Below are positions 30,203 to 40,027 of a DNA stretch of 64,000 bases, piece after piece (position 1 is the first letter of the stretch; each line of letters begins with the position of its first letter). The notes under the pieces were generated by a model. It was not told the DNA's origin. It worked only from the letters and a program-made list of their open reading frames with translations, and made no database searches. A program made the position numbers and the translations under genes. The stretch spans positions 110,666-174,665 of the forward strand of contig JBFWRP010000004.1 in NCBI GenBank assembly GCA_050248855.1, written 5' to 3'. Source of the stretch: Planctomycetota bacterium. GTDB lineage: Bacteria; Planctomycetota; PLA2; JAEUHO01.

Positions 30203-31011
30203 GCTCCTCCTTCGTTCTCCGCGTCGTCGGGGACCGCAAGCCACAGCCCCTCGATCCTGGTCGTGGCCCCGCGCGCGGGGTCGATCTCGGCCCACACGGC
30301 GCCCAGGCGGACGTCGCCCGAGGCCACCTCGAAGGGATGGTGCACGCCAGTCCTCATCTTGGCGAGCACGGCGGTTGCGCTGCGCCCGATCACGCCCTCG
30401 TAGGGGCCCGTCATGCCGCAGTCGGTGATGTAGCCAAGGCCCTGCGGTCGGATCGTGGCGTCGGCCGTGGGCACGTGCGTGTGGGTCCCGAAGAGGAGCG
30501 CCACACGGCCGTCCAGGTGCCATGAGAGGGCGATCTTCTCGCTCGTGGCCTCGGCGTGGATGTCCACCACGACGACGTCGGCCTCCGCCCGACAGGCCTC
30601 GACCTCGCGGTCGGCGGCCTCGAGCAGGTCGTCGGCGGGGCCCATGAAGACGCGTCCCTGCAGGTGCACGACGCCGACGCGTACGCCGGATGCCAGGGTG
30701 ACCACCGCGCGCCCGCGACCCGGGGCGGCGCCCGGCCAGTTCGCCGGGCGGAGCAGCGTCGGATCCTCGTCGAAGAGCGCCAGACCCTCGCGACGCTTGA
30801 AGGCGTGGTCGCCCATCGTGACCACGTCCACGCCCGGGGCGCGGACCTCGCGAAGCACCCTGGGCGTGATCCCGCTGCCGGACGCGGCGTTCTCGGCGTT
30901 CACGACGACGAAGTCGATCGCGCGCTCGGCCCGCAGCCGAGGCAGGTGCCACGCCAGGGCCCTGCGGCCCGGTCGACCCACGACATCGCCTACGGCAAGG
31001 ACGCCGATCAT
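30199..31011 (-). CDS. ymdB: YmdB-family metallophosphoesterase
   Basis: GDVVGRPG, NAENAA, DIHAEATSEK, GTHTHV, TDCGMTG. Confidence 0.92.
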   Translation of the reverse strand: MIGVLAVGDVVGRPGRRALAWHLPRLRAERAIDFVVVNAENAASGSGITPRVLREVRAPGVDVVTMGDHAFKRREGLALFDEDPTLLRPANWPGAAPGRGRAVVTLASGVRVGVVHLQGRVFMGPADDLLEAADREVEACRAEADVVVVDIHAEATSEKIALSWHLDGRVALLFGTHTHVPTADATIRPQGLGYITDCGMTGPYEGVIGRSATAVLAKMRTGVHHPFEVASGDVRLGAVWAEIDPARGATTRIEGLWLAVPDDAENEGGA

Positions 31012-32687
31012 CGAACGGCGACGAAGCTCCAGCCGCTCGCGGCCCAGGCATCGACGAGGTCCGGGGCCCGCGCCACGACGATCCGCAAGCCCTGCGGAGG
31101 CAAGTCCTGCGTGCCGGTGCGCGCGCCGTGGCGGATCCCGTCGCGCAGCACCAGGCCCACTTCGCCCGACGCCCGGTCCACGACCACGCGGGCATCGCGC
31201 GCGCGGAAGATGTCGTCGGCGTTGCCCTGGGTGTCGTAGCGCACGAGCGTCAGGCCGGACACGGCTCCGCCGTCGACACGGTCGACGCCCGTCACCTGGA
31301 ACCAGCCGCGCCCGGGACCGCGAGCGCGCTGCAGCAAACCGTTGATGCCGTTGCGCGCCCCCTGCGTCACGAGGATCGAGGACGGGGGCGCGTCGCGGGG
31401 AGCAGCCACTTCCGGCACGACGGGCGCGGAGCCGGCTGGCGGCACGGCGCGGGGCCCGTCCAGGGAAACGTCCTCGTCACCGCCGTCACGACGACGAACG
31501 ATGGGCGGCGGCATGTCCGAGGTCGGCGGCGGCGCCGGGGGGGGGGCCGGGCGGACTTCGGGGGCGGAGGGGGTGCCCGGCGGCACGAGCAGCGGGGCGT
31601 CCTCCTTGGGTTCGCTCGGCAGGGGCCCCAGGTCACGCACGGCCCAGGGGTCGTCGCCCGTCAAGACCGGCTGTTCGGGCGGCGGCACCTCGGTCGCGCC
31701 CTCGTCGGCTCCAGGCGCCGTCCCGTCCGCGGTGTCGGGCTGGGGCGGGCCGGGATCGGCGACGATGACGTTCGGGACGCCAGCCGGCCGCGAGCCGTCG
31801 TCGTCATCGTCGCCGCTGGATATGCCCAGCGCTCGATCCCCCAGCCGCGTGCGCAAGTCGAGCGTGGTGTTGCGCAGCTCGGAGATCTCCTTCTCGAGGC
31901 GCTGCACGACCGTGTCGTGCGCCATGCGCTCGCGCTCCAGGCGCTCGACCTCACGGGCCAGGAGCTCGCGGGCGACGGCCGCCTCCTGCCCGCGCGCGAC
32001 GCGCTGTGCCAGGTCTTCGTTCTCGCCCTCGAGCACGCGACGGGCGCGCTGCGCGAGCGCGAGCTCGTCGAGCTTCTCGTCCAGGAGGGCGCCCGCTTCC
32101 TGCGACCGCTTGCGCGCGACGTCGGCTTCCGCTTCGAGACGCTCGATGTCGCGCTCGCGGGCCGCACGGCCTTCGGCGTGGCCCGCCTCGAAGCTGCTGC
32201 GAACCTCGCGGGCGATCTCGGTGGTGTTGATGCGACCCACCTCGCCGTTGCGGCGGATGGCTTCCGTGAGGGCGACGATGCCGCCGACCAACACCAGCAG
32301 CAGGCCAAGCACGGCCAGCGGCACCAAGCGCGAGCGCTTGGCGGCCGGCGCCGCCTCGAGGCGCTCGAGCAAGGAGCGCTGGATCGTGGCCAGGCCGCGG
32401 AACGTCTCGTTGAGGGCCTGCGTGGACTGCAAGACGAGCTCGCTGCGGTCGCTGCGCTGGACGGCGCGGGCCAGCTCGCCCTGCAACGCCTCGAGGCGAT
32501 GCAGCGCCTCCGCGTTGAGGCGGAACGCCTGCACGAGGTCGCCCGGCGCGCCGCGGGAGAGCCGGGGCTCGTCCCGCTCCCCCAAGCTGCCGCCGCTCGC
32601 CTGCACGACCCACTGCATGCCGCCGGACTTCTGCGGACGCTCGTCGTCCTCGGGAGGCAGCGGCGTGGGGTCCGACGTCGCGCTCAT
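31008..32687 (-). CDS. Hypothetical single-TM protein with coiled coil, Pro-rich linker and C-terminal beta domain
   Basis: TM LAVLGLLLVLVGGIV; heptad region; Pro/Ala tract; coupled to neighbouring genes. Confidence 0.7.
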   Translation of the reverse strand: MSATSDPTPLPPEDDERPQKSGGMQWVVQASGGSLGERDEPRLSRGAPGDLVQAFRLNAEALHRLEALQGELARAVQRSDRSELVLQSTQALNETFRGLATIQRSLLERLEAAPAAKRSRLVPLAVLGLLLVLVGGIVALTEAIRRNGEVGRINTTEIAREVRSSFEAGHAEGRAARERDIERLEAEADVARKRSQEAGALLDEKLDELALAQRARRVLEGENEDLAQRVARGQEAAVARELLAREVERLERERMAHDTVVQRLEKEISELRNTTLDLRTRLGDRALGISSGDDDDDGSRPAGVPNVIVADPGPPQPDTADGTAPGADEGATEVPPPEQPVLTGDDPWAVRDLGPLPSEPKEDAPLLVPPGTPSAPEVRPAPPPAPPPTSDMPPPIVRRRDGGDEDVSLDGPRAVPPAGSAPVVPEVAAPRDAPPSSILVTQGARNGINGLLQRARGPGRGWFQVTGVDRVDGGAVSGLTLVRYDTQGNADDIFRARDARVVVDRASGEVGLVLRDGIRHGARTGTQDLPPQGLRIVVARAPDLVDAWAASGWSFVAVR

Positions 32688-33361
32688 CGCAACAGCTCCT
32701 CCACGTCGGACGCCTCCCGACTGACGACCAACCGCCGGAGCTCGTCCTGCGTCCTCTGACGCGGCGACCAGGGCGCTCCGTCCGCCGCGCTGACACCCTC
32801 GGCCCGGGTCAGGTCGACGGCTTGGTCGAAGGGTACGAGGAGCGAGACGGTTCCCCCCGCGGGGACCTCGACGCGGTCCTGGAGCGGGCCGAGGACGCGC
32901 AGCACGAAGGCGAAGCCCTCAGGCGGCGACCAGCTGCCCTCCGCCACACGGCGGGACAAGTCCAAGGTGGACGAGGTCCGGCCCCCGGGCAGGCGGACGC
33001 GCACGGTTCCGTCCCCCACGTCCAGGGTCCGCGGGGTGCTTCCGGCGTTGGCCACGACCAATCGGGCAAAGCCCAGCTGCGGGCCGTCACCCCAGTCCAG
33101 GTGCTCGTTCCACTGTTCGGCGTGCAGCTCGTCCGGGCCCGGGTCGCCCATGACCGGCGCCAGCACCCCGCGCAGCTCGTCCGCGAGGTCGCCGACCCAC
33201 ACGCTGACACCGGCAGGCGGCAGGCGCCGCTCGTGACCGGGACCGACGTCGTCGTCGCTGGACCTGAGGGGGCCCAAAAACCAGACGACGCCCGCCATGG
33301 CGACGGCAAAGAGCGCCGTCATGACCACGGCAGGCGTCCAGTCGGGTCGGGTCGGCTGCAC
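32684..33361 (-). CDS. Hypothetical membrane-anchored protein
   Basis: N-terminal TM; stop overlaps the next start (ATGA). Confidence 0.6.
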   Translation of the reverse strand: MQPTRPDWTPAVVMTALFAVAMAGVVWFLGPLRSSDDDVGPGHERRLPPAGVSVWVGDLADELRGVLAPVMGDPGPDELHAEQWNEHLDWGDGPQLGFARLVVANAGSTPRTLDVGDGTVRVRLPGGRTSSTLDLSRRVAEGSWSPPEGFAFVLRVLGPLQDRVEVPAGGTVSLLVPFDQAVDLTRAEGVSAADGAPWSPRQRTQDELRRLVVSREASDVEELLR

Positions 33362-33400
33362 CTGGCCTCGGGAGGGTGGGCCCTCTAGGCGCCGATGCGC

Positions 33401-34444
33401 CTACTCGTCCGGGTCCACCCAAGGCGCCTTGCGCTTGTTCTTGTGATCGCGGAACCACTCATCGAACTGCGCCATCGTGGACAGCGCCTCGTTGGTATCG
33501 GGGTTGACCGGGTTGCCGGCGTAGTACGCGACGACGGGCACCGTGAAGGTGCGGATGTCGTCCCAGAACCGCTTCTTGGCCTGGTCCTTGGGGTCGGTGC
33601 TGCTGTTGTTCGCCGCGCTCTCGACGCCCACGTACGTGCGAACGAACTGCTCGACGAGGTCGTAGCGCAGGCTGCCCGGCACGTCGGAGAACTTGATCAG
33701 GGCCTTGTGCGCCGCGACGAGCCACATCACCTCGTTGTTCTTGGCGTGGCTGTAGTTCTCGAGCATCCACGCGACGCTGTTGAACGTGTTGAGGTCGCCG
33801 AGCGCGCCGAACGCCGCCTGGAGCACGTCGCTGGAGAGGTCGTACTTGGCCTTGTGGAGGCCCTCGATCTCCTTCATCAGCTTCTTGGCGAGGTCCTCGC
33901 GCGCGTCGACGTTCTCCTTGACGACCGGATCCTCCTTGACCTTTGCAGGGCTTCCGGGGAACGCCGCGCCCATCGCGCCGATCACCTGCGCAGCCTTCAT
34001 GTTGACCTCGTTGCGCTCGTTGGTCTCGCGAGACAGCTTGGTCAACCCGAGGGCCTTGAAGATCGCCTTCTCGGCCTTCTTCCGGTAGTCGGCGAAGTCC
34101 TTCTCGAACTTCTTCAGGTCCTGTTCGTACTTGTCCTTCTCCTCTTGGGGAGCGTCGTCGGCGGGCTTCTCGGGGGCCTTGATGGCGCGGAAGTGACCAC
34201 CGACGAGGTCGAGGTACTGGATGATCTCGTCGTTGATGGACTTCCTGTTCTTCAGCGCGTCCTCGAGCTTCTCGAGGTCCGCCAGGGCCTCCGGCATCTC
34301 GGCGGCCGGCGCCTCCGGAGCTGCCTCCGGGCCTTCCGCCAGGGCCGAACGACCAGGGACCCCAACGAGCAGGCCGCTCGCGGCGCAGAAGAGGAGCGCG
34401 GCGCCGAGGCGCCACGGGCGGGACGGGAGGGAGCATTCGGTCAT
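33401..34444 (-). CDS. Hypothetical exported Lys/Glu-rich helical protein
   Basis: Signal peptide ending ALA; GGAG SD; strongly biased codons. Confidence 0.75.
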   Translation of the reverse strand: MTECSLPSRPWRLGAALLFCAASGLLVGVPGRSALAEGPEAAPEAPAAEMPEALADLEKLEDALKNRKSINDEIIQYLDLVGGHFRAIKAPEKPADDAPQEEKDKYEQDLKKFEKDFADYRKKAEKAIFKALGLTKLSRETNERNEVNMKAAQVIGAMGAAFPGSPAKVKEDPVVKENVDAREDLAKKLMKEIEGLHKAKYDLSSDVLQAAFGALGDLNTFNSVAWMLENYSHAKNNEVMWLVAAHKALIKFSDVPGSLRYDLVEQFVRTYVGVESAANNSSTDPKDQAKKRFWDDIRTFTVPVVAYYAGNPVNPDTNEALSTMAQFDEWFRDHKNKRKAPWVDPDE

Positions 34445-34624
34445 GGTTCGGTCTCCGGAACGGACCAGGGGCGGCTCCATCCTACGGCAAGCACGGCCTA
34501 CCCGTGGCGGGTCGAGGACGCCGAGCGTCCTGGTCAGGGGACGCGGAGCGCTCGGGAGCGTGTTCCGCGACCTCGTACCGAGGTCTGTGCAAAGGCCCTG
34601 CCACTGGGCCCCTACAATCCGCGC

Positions 34625-36034
34625 GTGACCGGGCGCCCCCCTGCAGCCGCAGCCACCGCGCGCCGCGCCGCCCGCGTCGTGGCCCTCGCGCCGCTGGCAG
34701 CGCCCGGCGGCCCGGTCCAGCTCATGGCGGCCTGGGCCGGACGCCGGCACCTGGCCGCTCGCGTCGTGGGCGGGCGGGGGCACCGCGGGACGCCGTGGTC
34801 CTACGTGGCGTGCGACCCCGTCGACGTGCTGGACGTCCAGCGCTGGCCGCGGGGTCGACGGCTCGCGGACGTGCTCGCGCCGCTGGCCGCCCCCGCCGAG
34901 CCTCCGCGCGGCGCAGGGCTCCCGCCGTTCGCGGGGGGCTGGCTCGGCATGCTCGGGTACGAGGCGCGAAGCGGCGTGGAAGTCACGCCCGCGGCACGCC
35001 GCCCGCCGCTGGGGTTCCCCGTGGTGTGGTTCGGCCGCTACGAGCGCCTCGTGGCCTTCGACCACGCCAAGGGCCGTGCCTGGGCGGTCGCCGCGGGGCG
35101 CGACACGCGCCACGCAGAGCGGGCGGCACGCGCGCTGGCCAGCGAGGCCCGCGGTGCGCTCGCCGCCGTCCCCACGGACTCCGACGTGGCCACGAGCGGC
35201 GCCCCGCAGCCGGCGTGGCCGCGCGCGCGCTTCTTGGCGGCGGTCCGCGCGGCCCGCGCGGCGATCTTGCGGGGCGACATCTTCCAGACCAACGTGAGCC
35301 AGCGCATCGACGCTCGCGTGGCGGGGCCGTCGGTCGCATGGTTTGCCCGCCTGGCCGCGGCCCAGCCCGCGCCCTACATGACCTTCCTGGACCTCGGCAG
35401 CGAGCGCGCCGCGCTCTCGGCGAGCCCCGAGCGCTTCCTCCGCCTGCGTGGCCGCACGGTGGAGACCGAGCCGATGAAGGGCACGCGTCCGCGCGGAGCA
35501 ACGCGCGAGGCCGACGCGGCGCTGCGCGAGGAGCTCCTCGGCAGCGTCAAGGACCGCGCCGAGCTGGCCATGATCGTCGACCTGGCCCGCAACGACCTGG
35601 CGCGCTCGTGCCGCGCGGGAAGCGTGCGCGTGGTCACGCCGCGCCGGCTCGTGCGCTTCGCCCGCGTCCATCAGGCCATCGGCATCGTGCGCGGCACGCT
35701 TCGCCCGGGCGTCGACCGCCTCGAAGCGCTCGCTGCCGCCTTCCCACCCGGCAGCGTGACGGGCGCCCCCAAGGTGCGGGCCATGGAGATCCTCGACGAG
35801 ATCGAAGGCGAAGCGCGCGGACCCTACTGCGGCGCGCTCGGATGGCTGGACGACCGGGGCGACATGGACCTCGCCGTGGCCATCCGGACGATCGTGAGGC
35901 ACGGCAACCGCGTCGCCTATCGGGTGGGCGGAGGCATCACGCTGGGCAGCGATCCCGTGGCCGAGTGGGAGGAGACGATCACGAAGGGCCGCGGCCTGTT
36001 CGCCGCGCTCGCGGGCCGCGAGGACCCGACGTGA
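34625..36034 (+). CDS. pabB: Chorismate-binding enzyme, PabB/TrpE family (probable aminodeoxychorismate synthase component I)
   Basis: SASPERF, PMKGT, MIVDLARNDL, FPPGSVTGAPK, IRT, GGGIT. Confidence 0.82.
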   Translation: MTGRPPAAAATARRAARVVALAPLAAPGGPVQLMAAWAGRRHLAARVVGGRGHRGTPWSYVACDPVDVLDVQRWPRGRRLADVLAPLAAPAEPPRGAGLPPFAGGWLGMLGYEARSGVEVTPAARRPPLGFPVVWFGRYERLVAFDHAKGRAWAVAAGRDTRHAERAARALASEARGALAAVPTDSDVATSGAPQPAWPRARFLAAVRAARAAILRGDIFQTNVSQRIDARVAGPSVAWFARLAAAQPAPYMTFLDLGSERAALSASPERFLRLRGRTVETEPMKGTRPRGATREADAALREELLGSVKDRAELAMIVDLARNDLARSCRAGSVRVVTPRRLVRFARVHQAIGIVRGTLRPGVDRLEALAAAFPPGSVTGAPKVRAMEILDEIEGEARGPYCGALGWLDDRGDMDLAVAIRTIVRHGNRVAYRVGGGITLGSDPVAEWEETITKGRGLFAALAGREDPT

Positions 36035-36942
36035 GCGCGCGGCTCATGCCCCTCGTCGAGCGCTTCCTCGTGCACATGGAGGCGGCGCGCAACCTGTCGC
36101 CGCACACCCTGCGCGCCTACGGCGGCGACCTCGACGAGCTCGTCACGTCGCTGGCCGGGCGCGGCATCGACCGCGCCGATGCCGTGGACTTGCTCGTGCT
36201 ACGCCGCCATCTCGTCGGGCTGGCCGACCGCGGCCTCGGGCAGCGCTCCATCGCACGCAAGATCAGCGCGATCCGGGCGTTCTTCCGCTGGCATGCGGCC
36301 GAGGCCGGCAGGGACCACGACCCGGCGCGCGGCTTGCGATCTCCGCGGCGGCGGCGCGCGCTGCCCGACGTGCTCGACCGCGGCGAGGTCGAGCGCTTGC
36401 TGGCGGCACCGGGCAGCGAGGACTGGCGCGCGCTGCGCGACGCTGCCCTGCTCGAGACGCTCTACAGCACGGGCGGTCGCGTCGGCGAGATGAGTGCCCT
36501 GGACGTCGCCCACGTGGACCTGGTCGGGGGCACGGCCCTCTTGCAGGGCAAAGGACGCCGGGAACGCTTGGCCGGTCTCGGCAACCCGTGTCTGGAAGCG
36601 ATCGAAGCGTATCTCGCTGCACTCGCGCGAGCCCGCGTGCGGCGCGACCCGCGCCCGCTGTTCGTCAACCACCGGGGCTGGCGGCTGACGACGCGCGGCA
36701 TGGCCCTGGCGGTGGAGCGCCACGCGCGCGCCGTGGGCCTCGAGGGCCGCGTCACACCGCACACCTTGCGCCACAGCTTCGCCACGCACATGCTGGAAGC
36801 GGGGGCCAACCTGCGCGAAGTGCAGGAGCTGTTGGGGCACCGCGACGTGAGCAGCACCCAGATCTACACGCACCTCACGTTGGACCACGTCCGTGCCGTG
36901 TACGAGCGTGCCCACCCGCGCGCCCGCGGAGCGGCCTCGTGA
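36031..36942 (+). CDS. xerC: Tyrosine recombinase XerC/XerD
   Basis: LSPHTLRAY, LYSTGGRVGE, GKG, HTLRHSFATH, LLGH, TQIYTH. Confidence 0.88.
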   Translation: MSARLMPLVERFLVHMEAARNLSPHTLRAYGGDLDELVTSLAGRGIDRADAVDLLVLRRHLVGLADRGLGQRSIARKISAIRAFFRWHAAEAGRDHDPARGLRSPRRRRALPDVLDRGEVERLLAAPGSEDWRALRDAALLETLYSTGGRVGEMSALDVAHVDLVGGTALLQGKGRRERLAGLGNPCLEAIEAYLAALARARVRRDPRPLFVNHRGWRLTTRGMALAVERHARAVGLEGRVTPHTLRHSFATHMLEAGANLREVQELLGHRDVSSTQIYTHLTLDHVRAVYERAHPRARGAAS

Positions 36943-38072
36943 GCGGCCCCGGCGGGCGGGGCAGCCGCGCCACGCGCTGGCTCGCCGCCCTCGTCCCGCT
37001 CGCCGTGATCGGCGTGTACGTCGGCGAGCGCTTGGCCAGCGCCCGACCGTGGAACGACCCGCGGGTCGGCCCGCTCGGTTTCGGGCTCGTCGAAGGCAGC
37101 GTGCTCGCGACGTTCGGAGCCGCGTTGCCGTGGCGCGTCGCCCAGGGCGAGGTCCAACGCCTCGTGTTGGACCTGTTCACGTCGCAGACCCTCCTCGACG
37201 TGGTGCTCGGCGTGCTCTTCCTTCGCAGCTCCCTGGCGCGAGGCGGCGCGCTGTTCGGTGCGGGGGCAACGCTCGCGTTCCTGCTCCTGGGCGGCGCCTC
37301 GGCCGTCGCAACCGATACCTGGGTGCGCGAGGGATCGCGCCAGGCGTTGGCGCTAGGTTGGTTCTCCGGCGTCCTGGCCCTGACGGGCGGGAGCCTCGCC
37401 TTCGGCCTCCTCGCCGGCAGCCACCCGGCCCGCGTTGCGGTGCGGCGGGGGGCCGTGTCCACCTTGGTGTTCCTGGCCGTGCTGCACGTGGGACTCACGT
37501 GGCCGCTGCGCGCGGGCGCAGGACTCGTCGCCGACGTCGGCGACCACGCCATGCTCGCCGCCACGGGGGTGGGCTTCGCCGCGGGCGCGCTGCTGCGACC
37601 CTGGCGCGCCGCGGTCGCTTCGGGTGGAGCCGGACGCGTGCTCCTCACGCTCTCGGTGGCGGTGCTGGGCGTGGCGGCGTTCCTGCAAGTGCAGCGCGTC
37701 CAGGCCGAGGCCACCGCCCCCGAAGCCGGAGCCGTCTGGAAGCAGCTGCGGCAGCTCGAGCTGGACGCGCGCGCGGTGCTCTTGGATGGGCCGCGCGCGA
37801 CGTCGTCGGCCCGCAACCGCCTCGACCGCAGCCGAAGCGCCCTGCGGCAGCGGGCGGCCGAGGTCGTGCCGGCAGCCCATCGCCCGCTGCTCGAGGACTA
37901 CCTGGATCGTCTCGATCCACTCGTCACGGGCGACGTGCCCGACCCCGGCGCCGTTCGCATGCGCCTCGGGATGGCCGCGAGCGCTTGGTACGAGGCCGAA
38001 GATGCGTGGCGGCGCGACGTGGGCCTGCCCGTGCGCGACGCCTACGCCCGCAGGACCTGGGAGTCGCGATGA
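36939..38072 (+). CDS. Rhomboid-like membrane protein (degenerate)
   Basis: About 6-7 TM; FGAA...VAQGEVQRL resembles the rhomboid L1 loop; soluble C-terminal helical domain. Confidence 0.55.
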   Translation: MSGPGGRGSRATRWLAALVPLAVIGVYVGERLASARPWNDPRVGPLGFGLVEGSVLATFGAALPWRVAQGEVQRLVLDLFTSQTLLDVVLGVLFLRSSLARGGALFGAGATLAFLLLGGASAVATDTWVREGSRQALALGWFSGVLALTGGSLAFGLLAGSHPARVAVRRGAVSTLVFLAVLHVGLTWPLRAGAGLVADVGDHAMLAATGVGFAAGALLRPWRAAVASGGAGRVLLTLSVAVLGVAAFLQVQRVQAEATAPEAGAVWKQLRQLELDARAVLLDGPRATSSARNRLDRSRSALRQRAAEVVPAAHRPLLEDYLDRLDPLVTGDVPDPGAVRMRLGMAASAWYEAEDAWRRDVGLPVRDAYARRTWESR

Positions 38073-38761
38073 GGATCGTCCGCACCCGCCACGGCGCGCG
38101 CGTGGAGCAAGGGGGCCTCGTCCTGAGCGAGGTGCGCCGTGACCCCGGTCCCACGCACTCCCTGTTCGACGTGCTGGCGGCTGCGATCTCCACGCAGGTT
38201 CCTGGCCATCGCGTGGCAGTCCTGGGGTTCGCCATGGGCGGGATCGTGGCCCCCCTGCGCGCCCTGGGCTTCGGCCACCCGATCGAGGCCGTGGACCTGG
38301 ACGTCTCCCTCGTGCCGCCCTTCCGCGAGCTCTCCGAGCCCTGGTGCGGCGACGTCCGCGTGGAACGCGGCGAGGCGGGTGCGTGGCTGCGCAAGCGCAA
38401 GCGGCCCTTCGACTTGATCCTGGAGGACCTCTCGGCGCAGGTGGACGGCGAGGTGACCAAACCACCGGTCAGCCTCGGCTCCCTGCCCATGGCCATCCGG
38501 GCCCGCCTCAAGCCCGGCGGCGTGGCCGTGACCAACGTGCTGCCGGTGCCGGGCCGCCCTCTCGGCGACGTGCTCGCAACGCTCGCGGCGCCCTACGCCC
38601 GCGCCGTCGTCCTGCACCTCGAGCGCTGGGAGAACAAGGTGCTGCTCTGCGGCGATGCGGTCCCTGCCGCGCGCGACGTCGGCCGCGCGCTGCGCTCGGC
38701 GCTCGCCGCCATCGGCTCCTGCGAAGCGGACCAGCTGGCCGTCCGCACGCTTGCCCGCTGA
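38069..38761 (+). CDS. Spermidine synthase-like SAM-dependent methyltransferase
   Basis: VAVLGFAMGG, IEAVDLD, FDLILED, LKPGGVAVTN. Confidence 0.7.
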   Translation: MRIVRTRHGARVEQGGLVLSEVRRDPGPTHSLFDVLAAAISTQVPGHRVAVLGFAMGGIVAPLRALGFGHPIEAVDLDVSLVPPFRELSEPWCGDVRVERGEAGAWLRKRKRPFDLILEDLSAQVDGEVTKPPVSLGSLPMAIRARLKPGGVAVTNVLPVPGRPLGDVLATLAAPYARAVVLHLERWENKVLLCGDAVPAARDVGRALRSALAAIGSCEADQLAVRTLAR

Positions 38762-38818
38762 CACGGCGTCGCGCCGAGTTCCGTGGGCAGTGGGCCGCGC
38801 CTCATCGACAATGACCCC

Positions 38819-40027
38819 ATGGCCGCTCTCGCCACGCGCTTGGTGTTCGCCATCGTGCTCGTCCTCGCCTGGGGGCCCGTGGGCGCGCGGGCCGACGACG
38901 AGACCCTCCCGCCCGACATCGAGTTCTTCACGAACCGCGACTGCCGACACTGCGAGGCCGCTGCGGAGTACCTCGCCGGGCTGCAGGCCGACCGACCCGA
39001 GCTGGTCGTCGTCACGCGGCACATCCTGGAGGACGAGGGGGCCCGCGAGCGCTTCGCCGGGCTCGTGGAGCAAGCGGGCGTACAGGCTGCCTCGACGCCG
39101 GCGTTCCTCGTGCAGGGCAAGCTGATCATCGGCTGGACGAGCCCCGTGACGACGGGACGCCTGATCGAGGACATCCTCGAAGGCCTCGAGACCTCCCCCG
39201 AGGAACGAGGCGGAGCGGGCTGCGTCGTCGACCTCTCCAGGGCCCCGGGCGAGGCGCAGCCCCCCTGCGTCGACCCGCGGGACCAGGCGATCGACCTGCC
39301 CCTCTTCGGGTCCGTGAAGCCGCGGGACCTCGGCCTCCCCGTCTTCACGGTCGTGTTGGGCCTCGTGGATGGGTTCAACCCGTGTGCCATGTGGGTGCTG
39401 CTGTTCCTGCTCTCGCTGCTTGTCCACCTGAACAGCCGCTCGCGCATGTTCGCGATCGCCGGCACGTTCGTGCTCGTCTCGGGCCTCGTCTACTTCGCGT
39501 TCATGGCCGCGTGGTTCACCTTCTTCGACGTGATCGGCAAGGCGCGGGCGATCCAGGTGATCCTGGGCGCGGTCGCCGTGTTCATCGGTGCGGTCCATGC
39601 CAAGGACTTCTTCGCCTTCCACAAGGGCTTGACCTTCAGCATCCCGGAAAGCGCGAAGCCCGGCATCTATGCGCGCGTCAACCGCATCCTGAAGGCGGAG
39701 AACATGAAGGCGGCCCTCGTCACGGTGGTCGTCCTCGCCTTCATGGTGAACGTGGTCGAGCTGTTGTGCACGGCGGGGCTTCCGGCCATCTACACGAACG
39801 TGCTGGCGCAGCACGAGCTGCCGCGGGCGCAGTACTACGGCTACATCGCCCTGTACCAGGTGTTCTACATGCTCGACGACATGGCCATGCTGTCGATCGC
39901 CATCTTCACCCTGTCCCGCACACGCCTCCAGGAGACGGGTGGCCGTTGGCTCAAGCTGGTCAGTGGAGTGGTCATGATCGCGCTCGGGCTCGCCTTGGTC
40001 TTCAAGCCAGGACTGCTGTCGTGGTAG
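38819..40027 (+). CDS. Glutaredoxin-like domain fused to Cys-containing multi-TM domain
   Basis: Signal peptide; CRHC; TM domain with DGFNPC and ELLCTAG. Confidence 0.8.
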   Translation: MAALATRLVFAIVLVLAWGPVGARADDETLPPDIEFFTNRDCRHCEAAAEYLAGLQADRPELVVVTRHILEDEGARERFAGLVEQAGVQAASTPAFLVQGKLIIGWTSPVTTGRLIEDILEGLETSPEERGGAGCVVDLSRAPGEAQPPCVDPRDQAIDLPLFGSVKPRDLGLPVFTVVLGLVDGFNPCAMWVLLFLLSLLVHLNSRSRMFAIAGTFVLVSGLVYFAFMAAWFTFFDVIGKARAIQVILGAVAVFIGAVHAKDFFAFHKGLTFSIPESAKPGIYARVNRILKAENMKAALVTVVVLAFMVNVVELLCTAGLPAIYTNVLAQHELPRAQYYGYIALYQVFYMLDDMAMLSIAIFTLSRTRLQETGGRWLKLVSGVVMIALGLALVFKPGLLSW

